In this document: one piece after another, positions 27,170-36,608 of the stretch
Numbering within the stretch: position 1 is the stretch's first letter
Layout: each line of letters begins with the position of its first letter
From: Saprospiraceae bacterium
GTDB taxonomy: Bacteria > Bacteroidota > Bacteroidia > Chitinophagales > Saprospiraceae
Assembly (NCBI GenBank): GCA_023300665.1
Contig: JALZUU010000374.1
Location: forward strand, 1-45,941
DNA: 45,941 bases
Direction: 5' to 3'
Made by a program: the position numbers and the translations under genes
The notes under the pieces: generated by a model
What the model was told of the DNA's origin: nothing
Seen by the model: the letters and a program-made list of their open reading frames with translations, nothing else
Databases searched by the model: none

Positions 27170-27251
27170 CGGATCCTTAGTAAAAATGGCTGCGTTGTAG
27201 TCGCCAGATACTATTGTTCTGTATATTATTTATACATAAAATCATATTGTT

Positions 27252-27926
27252 GTGAACGGTATAATAGGTAAAAAAATAGGTATGACTAGCGTTTTTGATG
27301 ACGCTGGAAATAACCTCGCCTGCACAGTTATTGAAGCAGGTCCATGTGTTATCACTCAAGTAAAAACAGAGGATGGCATAGACGGATATAATTCTTTACA
27401 GTTAGGATTTGGCGAAGTAAAAGCCAAAAATTCTACTAAAGCCATGATTGGTCATTTCGAAAATGCTAAGACTGCGCCTAAACGTAAAGTTGTCGAATTC
27501 CGTGATTTCGATTTAGATGCCTTAAACGGTATGACTGATGACGATGGCAAGACTGCTGATCCAGTTGCTAAATCAATCGGTGACATTATCGAAGCTTGGG
27601 AAGTTTTCCAAGAAGGAGATAAAGTAAATGTAGTCGGAACTTCTAAAGGTAAAGGTTTCCAAGGGGTAGTAAAACGATATAACTTCAAAGGGGTAAACGA
27701 TGCTACTCACGGTCAACATAACCGACAGCGTGCTCCTGGTTCTATCGGTGCCGCTTCTTATCCTGCAAAAGTATTTAAAGGAATGAGAATGGCCGGTCGT
27801 ATGGGTGGTAAACGAATTACTGCCGAAAATTTGGAAGTTGTAAAAATCTTCCCAGAGAAAAACATTATCCTGATCAAAGGTGCAGTACCGGGTCATAAGG
27901 GTGCATTCGTAATCATTGAAAAGTAA
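27252..27926 (+). CDS. rplC: 50S ribosomal protein L3 (GTG start)
   Basis: (M)[14 protein letters not shown]...[13 protein letters not shown]. No in-frame ATG precedes the conserved GKKIGMT. An acidic loop about 17 aa longer than in E. coli L3 lies before the SKGKGF motif. Confidence 0.95.
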   Translation: MNGIIGKKIGMTSVFDDAGNNLACTVIEAGPCVITQVKTEDGIDGYNSLQLGFGEVKAKNSTKAMIGHFENAKTAPKRKVVEFRDFDLDALNGMTDDDGKTADPVAKSIGDIIEAWEVFQEGDKVNVVGTSKGKGFQGVVKRYNFKGVNDATHGQHNRQRAPGSIGAASYPAKVFKGMRMAGRMGGKRITAENLEVVKIFPEKNIILIKGAVPGHKGAFVIIEK

Positions 27927-27933
27927 TTCAGCA

Positions 27934-28563
27934 ATGAAAATCGATATAATCAACATAGATGGCCAGTCAACTGGCAAGCAAGTAGAGCTTCCTGAAGATA
28001 TCTTCGGAGTAGAGCCTAACGAGCACGCGGTTTACCTTGCGGTAAAATTGCACTTGGCTAACAAACGTCAGGGAACAAACAAAACTAAGGAACGTGGAGA
28101 AGTGAAGGGGTCAACCCGGAAAATTAAGCGTCAAAAGGGAACAGGTACAGCCCGTGCGGGTGATATCAAAAATCCTTTATTCCGAGGTGGTGGTAGAGTC
28201 TTTGGACCTCGTCCAAGAACTTACGATATGAAGGTGAACAAAAAAGTTCGCTCTTTAGCTAGAAAGTCTGCTTTGTCTGACAAGCAAGCTCAAGGAAATA
28301 TCGTAGTGATTGAAGACTTTACCTTCGAAGCCCCAAAAACAAAGGAGTTTAGAGGAATCCTTGATAAGTTAAATCTTTCTGATAAGAAATCAGTATTGGT
28401 TACTGGAGATATGGATAAGCAATTATACTTATCTAGCCGTAACCTTCCTAAAGCATCCGTAACACGTGCTTCAGATCTGAATACATACGAAATCGTTAAA
28501 GCTCAAACTTTGGTCCTTTCAGAAGGAGCGATTGAGCAAATTAAAGCCACCTTCGCTAAATAA
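27934..28563 (+). CDS. rplD: 50S ribosomal protein L4
   Basis: Starting at ATG 27934 gives MKIDIINIDG...RQGT..TK.RGEV.GS.RK..RQKGTG.AR.G. Confidence 0.96.
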   Translation: MKIDIINIDGQSTGKQVELPEDIFGVEPNEHAVYLAVKLHLANKRQGTNKTKERGEVKGSTRKIKRQKGTGTARAGDIKNPLFRGGGRVFGPRPRTYDMKVNKKVRSLARKSALSDKQAQGNIVVIEDFTFEAPKTKEFRGILDKLNLSDKKSVLVTGDMDKQLYLSSRNLPKASVTRASDLNTYEIVKAQTLVLSEGAIEQIKATFAK

Positions 28564-28570
28564 TAAGATC

Positions 28571-28870
28571 ATGGCAAAGAATAGTATTTTAATCAAACCC
28601 ATTATCACTGAAAAGTCTGAACGACTAACAGAAGATCGTGGTCAATATAGCTTCTTGGTTAACAAATCTTCTAACAAGATTGAGATCAAAAAAGCAGTCG
28701 AAAAAATGTACAGTGTCAGTGTGACATCTGTCAACACAATCACCATGCCTGGTAAAGCTAAATCTCGTAACACCCGTTCTGGTGTTGTACGAGGGAAAAG
28801 CTCTTCCTACAAAAAAGCAATCATTACAGTTGCAGATGGTGAAGACATCGATTTCTTCGGCGAAGTATAA
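28571..28870 (+). CDS. rplW: 50S ribosomal protein L23
   Basis: Starting at ATG 28571 gives MAKNSILIKPIITEKS...F.V....NK.EIKKAVEKMY.V.V..VNT. Confidence 0.96.
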   Translation: MAKNSILIKPIITEKSERLTEDRGQYSFLVNKSSNKIEIKKAVEKMYSVSVTSVNTITMPGKAKSRNTRSGVVRGKSSSYKKAIITVADGEDIDFFGEV

Positions 28871-28921
28871 ACTTAATTTAGATACGCCTCTTAGAGGATT
28901 GAACTGATAAATTTTTAAGAA

Positions 28922-29761
28922 ATGCCAGTTAAAAAGTATAGTCCCGTTACACCGGGTACGCGTTTTAGAGTAGGAAATACTTATTCGGCTATCACTACTG
29001 ATAAACCGGAAAAAAGCCTACTAGCTCCTATCTCAAGAACAGGAGGTCGTAACCGTACCGGTAAAATGACCACACGTAACCGTGGAGGTGGACACAAAAG
29101 AAAATACCGTGTTATTGACTTTAAGCGTGATAAGGATGGAATTCCAGCAACGGTTAAGTCTATCGAATACGATCCGAATCGTACTGCTTTCATCGCATTA
29201 TTGTTTTATGCTGACGGTGAAAAGCGATACATCATTGCTCCTGACGGACTAAAAGTTGGTGACAATGTTGTTTCTGGAGCAGACGCTACACCTGATACAG
29301 GTAACACAATGTTGTTGGATAAAATTCCTTTTGGAGCAGTAATCCACGCTATCGAACTTCAACCAGGTCGTGGCGCAGCATTAGCAAGAAGTGCTGGTAC
29401 TTACGGTCAGTTAATGGGACGGGAAGGAAAGTATGTTGTCGTAAAATTACCTTCTGGTGAGGTTCGTCGTATCTTATCTACTTGTCGTGCTACCATCGGT
29501 ACTACTTCAAATCCAGATCACGGATTACAAGTATTAGGAAAGGCTGGACGAAAGCGCTGGTTAGGACGTCGTCCAAGAGTAAGAGGGGTAGCAATGAACC
29601 CAGTTGATCACCCAATGGGTGGTGGTGAAGGTAAATCTTCAGGTGGACACCCAAGATCACGTACTGGTATCATGGCGAAAGGTCAGAAGACTCGTAACAA
29701 TAAGAAAAATTCTACCAAGCTGATTATTACCAAGCGTAAGTCAACTAACAAAAACAAATAA
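28922..29761 (+). CDS. rplB: 50S ribosomal protein L2
   Basis: TPGTRF...GGRN..G..T.R.RGGGHKR.YR.IDF...NPVDHP.GGGEG. Confidence 0.98.
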   Translation: MPVKKYSPVTPGTRFRVGNTYSAITTDKPEKSLLAPISRTGGRNRTGKMTTRNRGGGHKRKYRVIDFKRDKDGIPATVKSIEYDPNRTAFIALLFYADGEKRYIIAPDGLKVGDNVVSGADATPDTGNTMLLDKIPFGAVIHAIELQPGRGAALARSAGTYGQLMGREGKYVVVKLPSGEVRRILSTCRATIGTTSNPDHGLQVLGKAGRKRWLGRRPRVRGVAMNPVDHPMGGGEGKSSGGHPRSRTGIMAKGQKTRNNKKNSTKLIITKRKSTNKNK

Positions 29762-29773
29762 AATACCTTTATA

Positions 29774-30040
29774 ATGGCTAGATCAGTAAAAAAAGGACCT
29801 TATATATTCCACAAGCTACTTACCAAATTGGAAAAAGCTAAGGAATCAAAGAAAAAAACAGTTATTAAAACTTGGTCCCGTTCTTCGATGATTATTCCCG
29901 ATATGGTAGGAGAAACCATCGCAGTTCACAACGGAAAAACTTTTGTTCCGGTATTCGTTACCGAAAACATGGTAGGACATAAGCTAGGAGAATTTTCTCC
30001 AACTCGTTCTTTCCGAGGACACTCAGGTAACAGAAAGTAA
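29774..30040 (+). CDS. rpsS: 30S ribosomal protein S19
   Basis: [10 protein letters not shown]...[22 protein letters not shown]. Confidence 0.98.
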   Translation: MARSVKKGPYIFHKLLTKLEKAKESKKKTVIKTWSRSSMIIPDMVGETIAVHNGKTFVPVFVTENMVGHKLGEFSPTRSFRGHSGNRK

Positions 30041-30097
30041 TCGCGATACTTCGTGAGTACTTTTTAAAAAAATTAAAATTTTATAAATCTTTATACA

Positions 30098-30496
30098 ATG
30101 GAAGCTGTAGCTAAATTGAGAAATTGTCCAATGTCTGCCCGCAAAATGCGCTTGGTAGTTGACAATATTCGTGGTAAGCGAATTGATCATGCTTTAGATT
30201 TACTCCGTTACACTAACAAAGAAGCGGCAAAGTGGTTAGAGAAATTACTACTTTCTGCCATCGGTAACTGGGAATATAAGACTGATATGAGTCTTAGTGC
30301 AGATGATTTTGATCTGGTAATAAAAACTGCCTTTGTAGATCAAGGTAGAATGCTAAAACGTTTTCAGCCTGCTCCTCAAGGACGTGCGCACCGAATTCGT
30401 AAGCATAGTAACCACGTAACAATTGTAGTAGAAAACCGAATTGCAACTGATTACGATAATGCTGATGCTGCAGTAGCAACAACAGAAGCTGAATAA
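30098..30496 (+). CDS. rplV: 50S ribosomal protein L22
   Basis: AKLRNCPMSARKMRLVVDNIRGK...VDQG..LKRF.P.A.GRA..I.K..HVT. Confidence 0.97.
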   Translation: MEAVAKLRNCPMSARKMRLVVDNIRGKRIDHALDLLRYTNKEAAKWLEKLLLSAIGNWEYKTDMSLSADDFDLVIKTAFVDQGRMLKRFQPAPQGRAHRIRKHSNHVTIVVENRIATDYDNADAAVATTEAE

Positions 30497-30530
30497 AATA
30501 ATTTAATAAACTATATTATATACCTCAATT

Positions 30531-31268
30531 ATGGGTCAAAAGACAAATCCAATTGGTAATCGTTTAGGAATCGTCAAAGGATGGGAATCAAGCTGGTTCG
30601 GTGGAAAGGATTTTGCGGACAAAGTGGTTCAGGATGAAAAAATCCGAGTTTACCTACATGCACGTATTCGTCGAGGAGGCATTGCAAGAATTGTTATCGA
30701 ACGTACACTTAAGCGTATTACCGTAACAATCCACACTTCTCGCCCTGGTATCATTATCGGTAAAGGTGGAACAGAAGTAGATCGTATCCGTGAGGAGTTG
30801 AAAAAGTTGACTGGTAACGATGTACAAATTAATATCATCGAAATTCGTAAGCCTGAAATGAATTCAGCTTTAGTAGGTGAGTCTGTAGCAAAGCAAATTG
30901 AGGCGAGAATCAATTATCGTCGTGCCATCAAAATGGCAATCCAAGCTGCTATGCGTGCTGGTGCTGAAGGAATTAAAGTGAGAATCTCTGGTCGTTTGAA
31001 CGGAGCTGAAATGGCTCGATCAGAAGAATATAAAGAAGGTCGTACACCACTACATACCTTCCGTGCAGATATCGATTACGCATTGACAGAAGCACAGACC
31101 GTATATGGTAAGATCGGAATCAAAGTATGGATCTGTAAAGGTGAAGTATTAGGAAAGCCTGATTTATCTCCAAATGGTCGAGTCGACTCGAAGCGAAACG
31201 ATCGTGGTGGAAGAGGAAATAGAAGAGGAAATGATCGTGGAGGTCGTAATAATGACCGTCGTCGATAG
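30531..31268 (+). CDS. rpsC: 30S ribosomal protein S3 (with an RGG/RGN-rich tail)
   Basis: [13 protein letters not shown]...KH-domain [11 protein letters not shown]. Confidence 0.98.
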   Translation: MGQKTNPIGNRLGIVKGWESSWFGGKDFADKVVQDEKIRVYLHARIRRGGIARIVIERTLKRITVTIHTSRPGIIIGKGGTEVDRIREELKKLTGNDVQINIIEIRKPEMNSALVGESVAKQIEARINYRRAIKMAIQAAMRAGAEGIKVRISGRLNGAEMARSEEYKEGRTPLHTFRADIDYALTEAQTVYGKIGIKVWICKGEVLGKPDLSPNGRVDSKRNDRGGRGNRRGNDRGGRNNDRRR

Positions 31269-31303
31269 TCTTATTACCCACTAGGGAATTCATTAAAAAA
31301 AAT

Positions 31304-31311
31304 GTACCTTT
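31304..31311 (+). promoter_or_regulatory. -7 box TACCTTTG inside the S10 operon (rpsC-rplP spacer)
   Basis: Exact TAnnTTTG match 46 nt upstream of the rplP ATG. No -33 element was seen. Confidence 0.3.
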
Positions 31312-31356
31312 GCCCCTGTTTTTTTCAGAGGCATTAAAACAGTAAAAATTTAGGAA

Positions 31357-31779
31357 ATGTTACAGCCAAAAAGAACGAAATATCGCAAGGCGCAAAAGGG
31401 AAGAAACCGAGGTCTTGCACACCGTGGAAGCTCTATTTCTTTTGGATCTTTTGGACTCAAAACTTTAGATGCCGGATGGATTACTAATCGTCAGATTGAA
31501 TCTGCTCGTATCGCCATGACCCGTTACATGAAAAGAGAGGGTAACGTTTGGATTAGAATCTTCCCAGACAAACCTATTACTGCTAAGCCGCAAGAGGTAC
31601 GGATGGGTAAGGGTAAAGGACCACTATCTCATTATGTAGCAGTGGTAAGACCTGGTCGGATCATGTTCGAAATGGACGGAGTACCTTTAGAAACTGCTAA
31701 AGAAGCATTACGTCTAGCAGCACAAAAATTACCAGTGCAAACGAAATTCGTAATCAGAGCTGATTACACGGAGGAATAA
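31357..31779 (+). CDS. rplP: 50S ribosomal protein L16
   Basis: [16 protein letters not shown]. Confidence 0.98.
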   Translation: MLQPKRTKYRKAQKGRNRGLAHRGSSISFGSFGLKTLDAGWITNRQIESARIAMTRYMKREGNVWIRIFPDKPITAKPQEVRMGKGKGPLSHYVAVVRPGRIMFEMDGVPLETAKEALRLAAQKLPVQTKFVIRADYTEE

Positions 31780-31817
31780 TATCATAATATAAAAAGTACG
31801 TTTTTAATTTATATAAA

Positions 31818-32081
31818 ATGGCAACCAAGAAATTTTTAGAACTCAAAGGGTATTCGGACGAAGAACTGGCTAGCCAGCTCCAAGTTACGGAAACGGATTA
31901 CCATAAATTGGTTTTTGATCACGGAGTTAAAGGCCTAGACAATCCATTGGAAATTCGTGAATTTCGACGTGATATAGCACGTATGAAAACAGAAGTCCGT
32001 CGCCGAGAATTAGAGAACATGACCGAAGCTCAGCTGGCCAATCGTTCTAATATTCGTCGCCGTAGAAAGAAAAAATCTTAA
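31818..32081 (+). CDS. rpmC: 50S ribosomal protein L29 (with a basic C-terminal extension)
   Basis: LKGYSDEEL...L..FRRDIARMKT, located between rplP and rpsQ. Confidence 0.93.
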   Translation: MATKKFLELKGYSDEELASQLQVTETDYHKLVFDHGVKGLDNPLEIREFRRDIARMKTEVRRRELENMTEAQLANRSNIRRRRKKKS

Positions 32082-32109
32082 TCATCAATTGTAGCGTTAA
32101 GTCAATATC

Positions 32110-32367
32110 ATGACAGAAAAAACATTAAGAAAGCAAAGAGTCGGGGTGGTATCCAGTAGTAAAATGGATAAAACTATCACCATTGTAGTTGAAAGAAAAC
32201 TACGTCACCCGATCTACGGAAAATTCGTAAAGAAAACCAAAAAATTTGCAGCTCATGACGAGAACAATGAGTGCAATGAAGGTGATACTGTACGGATCAT
32301 GGAGACCCGTCCATTAAGTAAGCGCAAAAGATGGCGTTTAATTGAAATTATTGAACGAGCAAAGTAA
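32110..32367 (+). CDS. rpsQ: 30S ribosomal protein S17
   Basis: R.GVV.S.KMDKTI.V.VER...HP.YGK......K..AHDE.N....GD.V.I.ETRPLSK.K.W. Confidence 0.97.
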   Translation: MTEKTLRKQRVGVVSSSKMDKTITIVVERKLRHPIYGKFVKKTKKFAAHDENNECNEGDTVRIMETRPLSKRKRWRLIEIIERAK

Positions 32368-32407
32368 TTCTGCTCTCTTTTAGGAAATATATATTAAATA
32401 AGCAGTC

Positions 32408-32773
32408 ATGATACAGCAAGAATCCAGATTAAAAGTTGCGGACAATAGTGGAGCCAAAGAAGTGCTTTGCATCCGTGTACTGGGAGGATCTAAAAGAAGA
32501 TATGCTTCTATTGGTGACCTCATTGTAGTCACTGTTAAGGAGACTTCTCCTGGAGGTGTAAAAAAAGGTACGGTTTCAAGAGCCGTTATCGTACGAACAA
32601 AAAAAGAAATACGGAGAAAAGATGGTTCTTACATCCGATTCGACGACAACGCAGTAGTTCTACTAACTGAAGCCGACGAACCTAGAGGAACTCGTATCTT
32701 TGGACCTGTTGCCCGTGAACTACGTGATCGCGATTACATGCGAATCGTGTCATTGGCTCCCGAAGTATTATAA
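32408..32773 (+). CDS. rplN: 50S ribosomal protein L14
   Basis: [25 protein letters not shown]. Confidence 0.98.
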   Translation: MIQQESRLKVADNSGAKEVLCIRVLGGSKRRYASIGDLIVVTVKETSPGGVKKGTVSRAVIVRTKKEIRRKDGSYIRFDDNAVVLLTEADEPRGTRIFGPVARELRDRDYMRIVSLAPEVL

Positions 32774-32795
32774 TCATTTTATAAATTTAAGTGCA

Positions 32796-33140
32796 ATGGC
32801 TAAGCAAGCTAATTCTAAAATACCAACTCATAAACTCAAAGTCAAAAAAGGCGATAGAGTAATGGTTATAGCAGGTGCTGATAAAGGAAAATCTGGAGAA
32901 ATCCTACAAGTTTTTCCTGGTAAGAACCGCGTAATTATTGAAGAGGTAAACATTCGAAAAAAACATCAAAAACCAACTCAGGACAATCCCGGTGGGATCA
33001 CTGAAATGGCAGCTTCTATCCATGTTTCCAATATCATGTTGATTGACCCTAAATCTGGTGAAACTACCCGAATTGGTCGTCGTGAAGAAAACGGAAAACT
33101 GGTAAGATATTCTAAGAAATCTGGCGAAAATATTAATTAA
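32796..33140 (+). CDS. rplX: 50S ribosomal protein L24
   Basis: Starting at ATG 32796 gives [22 protein letters not shown], a KOW motif. The ORF-track start at 32700 overlaps rplN. Confidence 0.95.
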   Translation: MAKQANSKIPTHKLKVKKGDRVMVIAGADKGKSGEILQVFPGKNRVIIEEVNIRKKHQKPTQDNPGGITEMAASIHVSNIMLIDPKSGETTRIGRREENGKLVRYSKKSGENIN

Positions 33141-33142
33141 CG

Positions 33143-33703
33143 ATGAGTTATCAACCAAGATTAAAAACAAAATACCGCGAGGAGGTAAAAGCAAAATTGC
33201 AAACGCAATTCAATTATACAACTCCTATGCAAATACCTAAACTTGAAAAGATTTGTATCAATCAAGGGGTAGGGGACGCTTCTGCGGACAAAAAGTTAGC
33301 AGATAATGCATTATCAGAGCTAACATTGATTGCTGGCCAAAAAGCAGTTCCTACGAAGGCTCGTAAATCTATCGCCAACTTTAAGTTGAGAGAAGAGATG
33401 GTAATTGGTGCTAGAGTAACACTCCGTAACGATCAAATGTGGGAATTCCTAGATCGCTTCATTGCGATCGCTTTGCCACGTGTTCGTGACTTTAGAGGAA
33501 TTAACGATAAAAGCTTTGATGGCCGTGGTAATTATTCAATGGGCATCAAAGAACATATCATCTTCCCGGAGATTGATTTAGATAAAGTACCAAGAATTAC
33601 AGGTATGGATATTACTTTTGTAACTTCCGCTCCTACAGATGCTGAGGCATTATTCCTTCTAAAGGAAATGGGATTGCCATTTAAAAATCAGAATAAAAAT
33701 TAA
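33143..33703 (+). CDS. rplE: 50S ribosomal protein L5
   Basis: RLK..Y.......L......N.MQ.PKLEKI.IN.GVG...FPEI. Confidence 0.98.
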   Translation: MSYQPRLKTKYREEVKAKLQTQFNYTTPMQIPKLEKICINQGVGDASADKKLADNALSELTLIAGQKAVPTKARKSIANFKLREEMVIGARVTLRNDQMWEFLDRFIAIALPRVRDFRGINDKSFDGRGNYSMGIKEHIIFPEIDLDKVPRITGMDITFVTSAPTDAEALFLLKEMGLPFKNQNKN

Positions 33704-33709
33704 ATAATC

Positions 33710-33979
33710 ATGGCTAGAAAAGCATTAATAGCACGCGAACGTAAGCGCGAAAGAATGGTGGCGAAATACGCTGAACTACGTGAAACTTTAAAGAAAGAAG
33801 GAAAGTGGGAAGAGTTAGATAAACTACCTCGGAATAGCTCTAGTGTTCGTTTACACAATCGTTGTCGACTTACTGGTCGTCCCAAAGGTTACATGAGAAT
33901 GTTTGGTATTTCCAGAGTTGCTTTTCGTAGAATGGCACTAAATGGAAAAATTCCTGGTGTTACTAAGGCTAGTTGGTAA
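33710..33979 (+). CDS. rpsN: 30S ribosomal protein S14 (89-aa form)
   Basis: [12 protein letters not shown]...V.KY...R..LK...RNSS..R..NRC..TGRP.GY.R.FG.SR..FR..A..G..PGV.KASW. Confidence 0.97.
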   Translation: MARKALIARERKRERMVAKYAELRETLKKEGKWEELDKLPRNSSSVRLHNRCRLTGRPKGYMRMFGISRVAFRRMALNGKIPGVTKASW

Positions 33980-34016
33980 CCACAATTAAATAATAAAGCG
34001 TTTCAATAATAATAAA

Positions 34017-34421
34017 ATGGCATTAACAGATCCAATTGCAGACTTACTGACCAGAATACGCAATGCTCAACAGGCAGGTCACCGGGTAGTAGAAATTCCT
34101 TCTTCTCGAATGAAGAAGAGTATTACAGAAATTCTCTACAACCAAGGATATATCCTCAAATACAAGTTTGATGATAACGCTGGGAAGCAAGGTATTATCA
34201 GTATCGCACTTAAGTACGATCCAGTAACCAGAGAACCGGTTATCAGAAAATTAGGACGTATTAGTAAGCCAGGTTTACGTAAATACAGCAAAGGAGCAGA
34301 TGTTCCTCGTATTATCAACGGACTAGGCGTTTGTATCGTTTCTACTTCTCATGGGCTAATGACTGGTCGTCAAGCGAAAGAGAAAAACGTAGGAGGAGAG
34401 TTAATCTGTTACGTATATTAA
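34017..34421 (+). CDS. rpsH: 30S ribosomal protein S8
   Basis: TDPIADLLTRIRNA...GGE..CYV. Confidence 0.98.
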   Translation: MALTDPIADLLTRIRNAQQAGHRVVEIPSSRMKKSITEILYNQGYILKYKFDDNAGKQGIISIALKYDPVTREPVIRKLGRISKPGLRKYSKGADVPRIINGLGVCIVSTSHGLMTGRQAKEKNVGGELICYVY

Positions 34422-34444
34422 TTTAAATTTTTAAATCAGCAATC

Positions 34445-34999
34445 ATGTCAAGGATAGGAAAAGCTCCCATTGCAGTACCAAGTAACGTTACAATTGACGT
34501 TAGTGGAGGTAATATGGTAACCGTAAAGGGTCCTAAGGGAGAATTAAAGCAGCAGATTAACCCAGATTTATCCATCAATATCGATGAAGGAGAATTAGTT
34601 GTCGCTCGCCCAACAGAACAAAAGCGTCATAAAGCAATGCACGGTCTATACCGTTCGTTAATTGCTAACATGGTTGTGGGAGTTTCTGAAGGATATGTAA
34701 AAGAACTTGAACTTGTAGGGGTTGGATACCGTGCCGATAATACGGGACAACTTTTAACCCTCATGTTAGGATATTCTCACCCTATTATGTTCGCTGTTCC
34801 TGATGAAGTCAAATTGGAAACTATTTCTGAAAAGAGTAAGAATCCAGTCGTTAAATTGACTTCTCACGATAAACAATTGATCGGACAGGTTGCTGCAAAA
34901 ATCAGAGCCTTCCGTGCACCAGAACCTTACAAAGGAAAAGGTATTCGTTTCAAAGGTGAAGAAATTCGTCGTAAAGCTGGTAAGACTGCCGCTAAGTAA
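34445..34999 (+). CDS. rplF: 50S ribosomal protein L6
   Basis: MSRIGK.PI.VP..V.....G..V.VKGPKGEL...PEPYKGKGIR. Confidence 0.98.
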   Translation: MSRIGKAPIAVPSNVTIDVSGGNMVTVKGPKGELKQQINPDLSINIDEGELVVARPTEQKRHKAMHGLYRSLIANMVVGVSEGYVKELELVGVGYRADNTGQLLTLMLGYSHPIMFAVPDEVKLETISEKSKNPVVKLTSHDKQLIGQVAAKIRAFRAPEPYKGKGIRFKGEEIRRKAGKTAAK

Positions 35000-35036
35000 T
35001 CGACCAATTGTAAATAAGCTATATAAATTTTTTATA

Positions 35037-35390
35037 ATGAAAATGACCAAGCAGGATAAGCGCCGAAGAATTCACAAGCGCATTCGCAAAAAAATTAAAG
35101 GAACTTCTGAGATTCCACGATTGGTAGTATATCGAAGTAATAAAGAAATCTACTGCCAGGTAGTAGATGATCTTAATGGTCACACAATGTTGGCCGCTTC
35201 TTCTCGCGATAAAGGCTTCTCTTTTTCCGGTAATAAAGTGGAACAAGCTAAAGCAGTAGGAAAAGCACTCGCTGAAAAAGCAAAGTCCGCAAATCTTTCC
35301 GAAGTGGTTTTTGATCGTGGCGGTTATTTATATCATGGTAGAATTAAAGCATTAGCTGAAGGTGCCCGAGAAGGTGGCCTCCAATTTTAA
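35037..35390 (+). CDS. rplR: 50S ribosomal protein L18
   Basis: Starting at ATG 35037 (alternative 35043) gives RR.IHKRIRKKI.GT.E.PRL.VYRSNK.IY.Q..DD...VFDRGGY.YHGR.KALA...RE.GL.F. Confidence 0.95.
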   Translation: MKMTKQDKRRRIHKRIRKKIKGTSEIPRLVVYRSNKEIYCQVVDDLNGHTMLAASSRDKGFSFSGNKVEQAKAVGKALAEKAKSANLSEVVFDRGGYLYHGRIKALAEGAREGGLQF

Positions 35391-35402
35391 AAATAAAATA
35401 TA

Positions 35403-35921
35403 ATGGCAAAAAGAAGAAACGATCGAGGTAATAATACCGAATCAGAATTTAAAGAGAAATTGGTGAACCTTAACCGTGTTGCGAAGGTAACAAAGGGGGG
35501 ACGAACTTTTAGCTTTGCTGCAATCGTCGTAGTTGGCGATGGAAAAGGTAAAATTGGACACGGTCTGGGTAAAGCCAGAGATGTTCAAGAATCAATCGCA
35601 AAGGCGGTTGATGTTGCTAAGAAAAACATGATCTCTGTGCCTATTTATAATGGTACAATTCCTCATGAGCAAAAAGGAAAATACGGTGCTGGTAAAGTAC
35701 TTATTAAGCCAGCTTCTGAAGGTACCGGTGTAATCGCTGGTGGTGCTATGCGTGCCGTTCTAGAAATTGCAGGTGTACAAAACGTACTTGCTAAGTCGCA
35801 AGGTTCTTCTAACCCACACAACGTGGTAAAAGCAACCATCGACGCATTATCTAAGCTACGTTCGCCAATGACAGTTGCCAAGCAACGTAGAATAACAATG
35901 GAAAAAGTTTTTAAAGGTTAA
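35403..35921 (+). CDS. rpsE: 30S ribosomal protein S5
   Basis: V.LNRV.KV.KGGR.FSF.A.VVVGD..G..G.G.GKA..V. Confidence 0.98.
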   Translation: MAKRRNDRGNNTESEFKEKLVNLNRVAKVTKGGRTFSFAAIVVVGDGKGKIGHGLGKARDVQESIAKAVDVAKKNMISVPIYNGTIPHEQKGKYGAGKVLIKPASEGTGVIAGGAMRAVLEIAGVQNVLAKSQGSSNPHNVVKATIDALSKLRSPMTVAKQRRITMEKVFKG

Positions 35922-35926
35922 TCATT

Positions 35927-36106
35927 ATGGCTAAAGTAAAAATTACACAGGTGAAAAGTATCATCGATCGCCCACAGCGTCAGAAAGATACTATGAAAGC
36001 ATTGGGAATTCGAAAGATGAACCAATCTGTTGAGATTGAACTAAATCCGCAATTGCAGGGTATGATTAATAAAGTAAGTCATCTGCTGAAAGTGGAACAA
36101 TTATAG
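35927..36106 (+). CDS. rpmD: 50S ribosomal protein L30 (59 aa; below the ORF-track cutoff)
   Basis: Translated by hand as MAKVKITQVKSIIDRPQRQKDTMKALGIRKMNQSVEIELNPQLQGMINKVSHLLKVEQL. It occupies the canonical position between rpsE and rplO. Confidence 0.93.
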   Translation: MAKVKITQVKSIIDRPQRQKDTMKALGIRKMNQSVEIELNPQLQGMINKVSHLLKVEQL

Positions 36107-36152
36107 TAAACTATTCGTACAAAATTTATAGATCCGTAAAAGGAATCAAATC

Positions 36153-36599
36153 ATGGAATTACATACGCTAAAGCCTGCAAAAGGCGCAACAAAAAAAGGA
36201 AAGCGAATTGGTAGAGGACAAGGTTCAGGTCATGGTGGTACGAGTACCCGTGGTCACAAAGGACAAAAGTCCCGTAGCGGTTTTAGCCGCAAGCGTGCAC
36301 ACGAAGGTGGGCAAATGCCACTACAGATGCGACTACCAAAAAGAGGTTTTAAAAACTTCAACCGTGTTCCATACGTAGCGCTTAACTTAAAAAGACTGCA
36401 AGAAGTTGCAGACAAATACAATCTAACGACTATTGACTTGGATGCCTTAGTTTCTAACGGTATCGTCAATAAAGAAGACCGTGTCAAAATTTTGGCGCAC
36501 GGTGAACTGACTACCTCAATTTCTGTTTCTGCTCATGCTATCTCCGAATCTGCTAAAAAAGCAATCGAAGCAAAGGGTGGAACCGTAAATCTTGTTTAA
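36153..36599 (+). CDS. rplO: 50S ribosomal protein L15
   Basis: L..L.PA.G..K..KR.GRG.GSG.G.T..RGHKGQKSRSG. Confidence 0.98.
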   Translation: MELHTLKPAKGATKKGKRIGRGQGSGHGGTSTRGHKGQKSRSGFSRKRAHEGGQMPLQMRLPKRGFKNFNRVPYVALNLKRLQEVADKYNLTTIDLDALVSNGIVNKEDRVKILAHGELTTSISVSAHAISESAKKAIEAKGGTVNLV

Positions 36600-36608
36600 A
36601 AATAACTG

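Noticed and set aside
27573-27977. A 134-aa ORF on the minus strand, antisense to the rplC/rplD junction. Similar ORFs lie at 27452-27688, 28981-29193, 30294-30482, 30650-30913, 32904-33194, 33700-33885, 34136-34318, 34766-35050, 35019-35246, 35663-35881, 36254-36487, 37028-37222, 39657-39965, 39665-39949 and 40918-41130.
   Set aside because: These are shadow ORFs antisense to highly conserved ribosomal, secY and rpoA genes. Their translations are low-complexity with no recognisable motifs, and the sense-strand genes fully explain the region.
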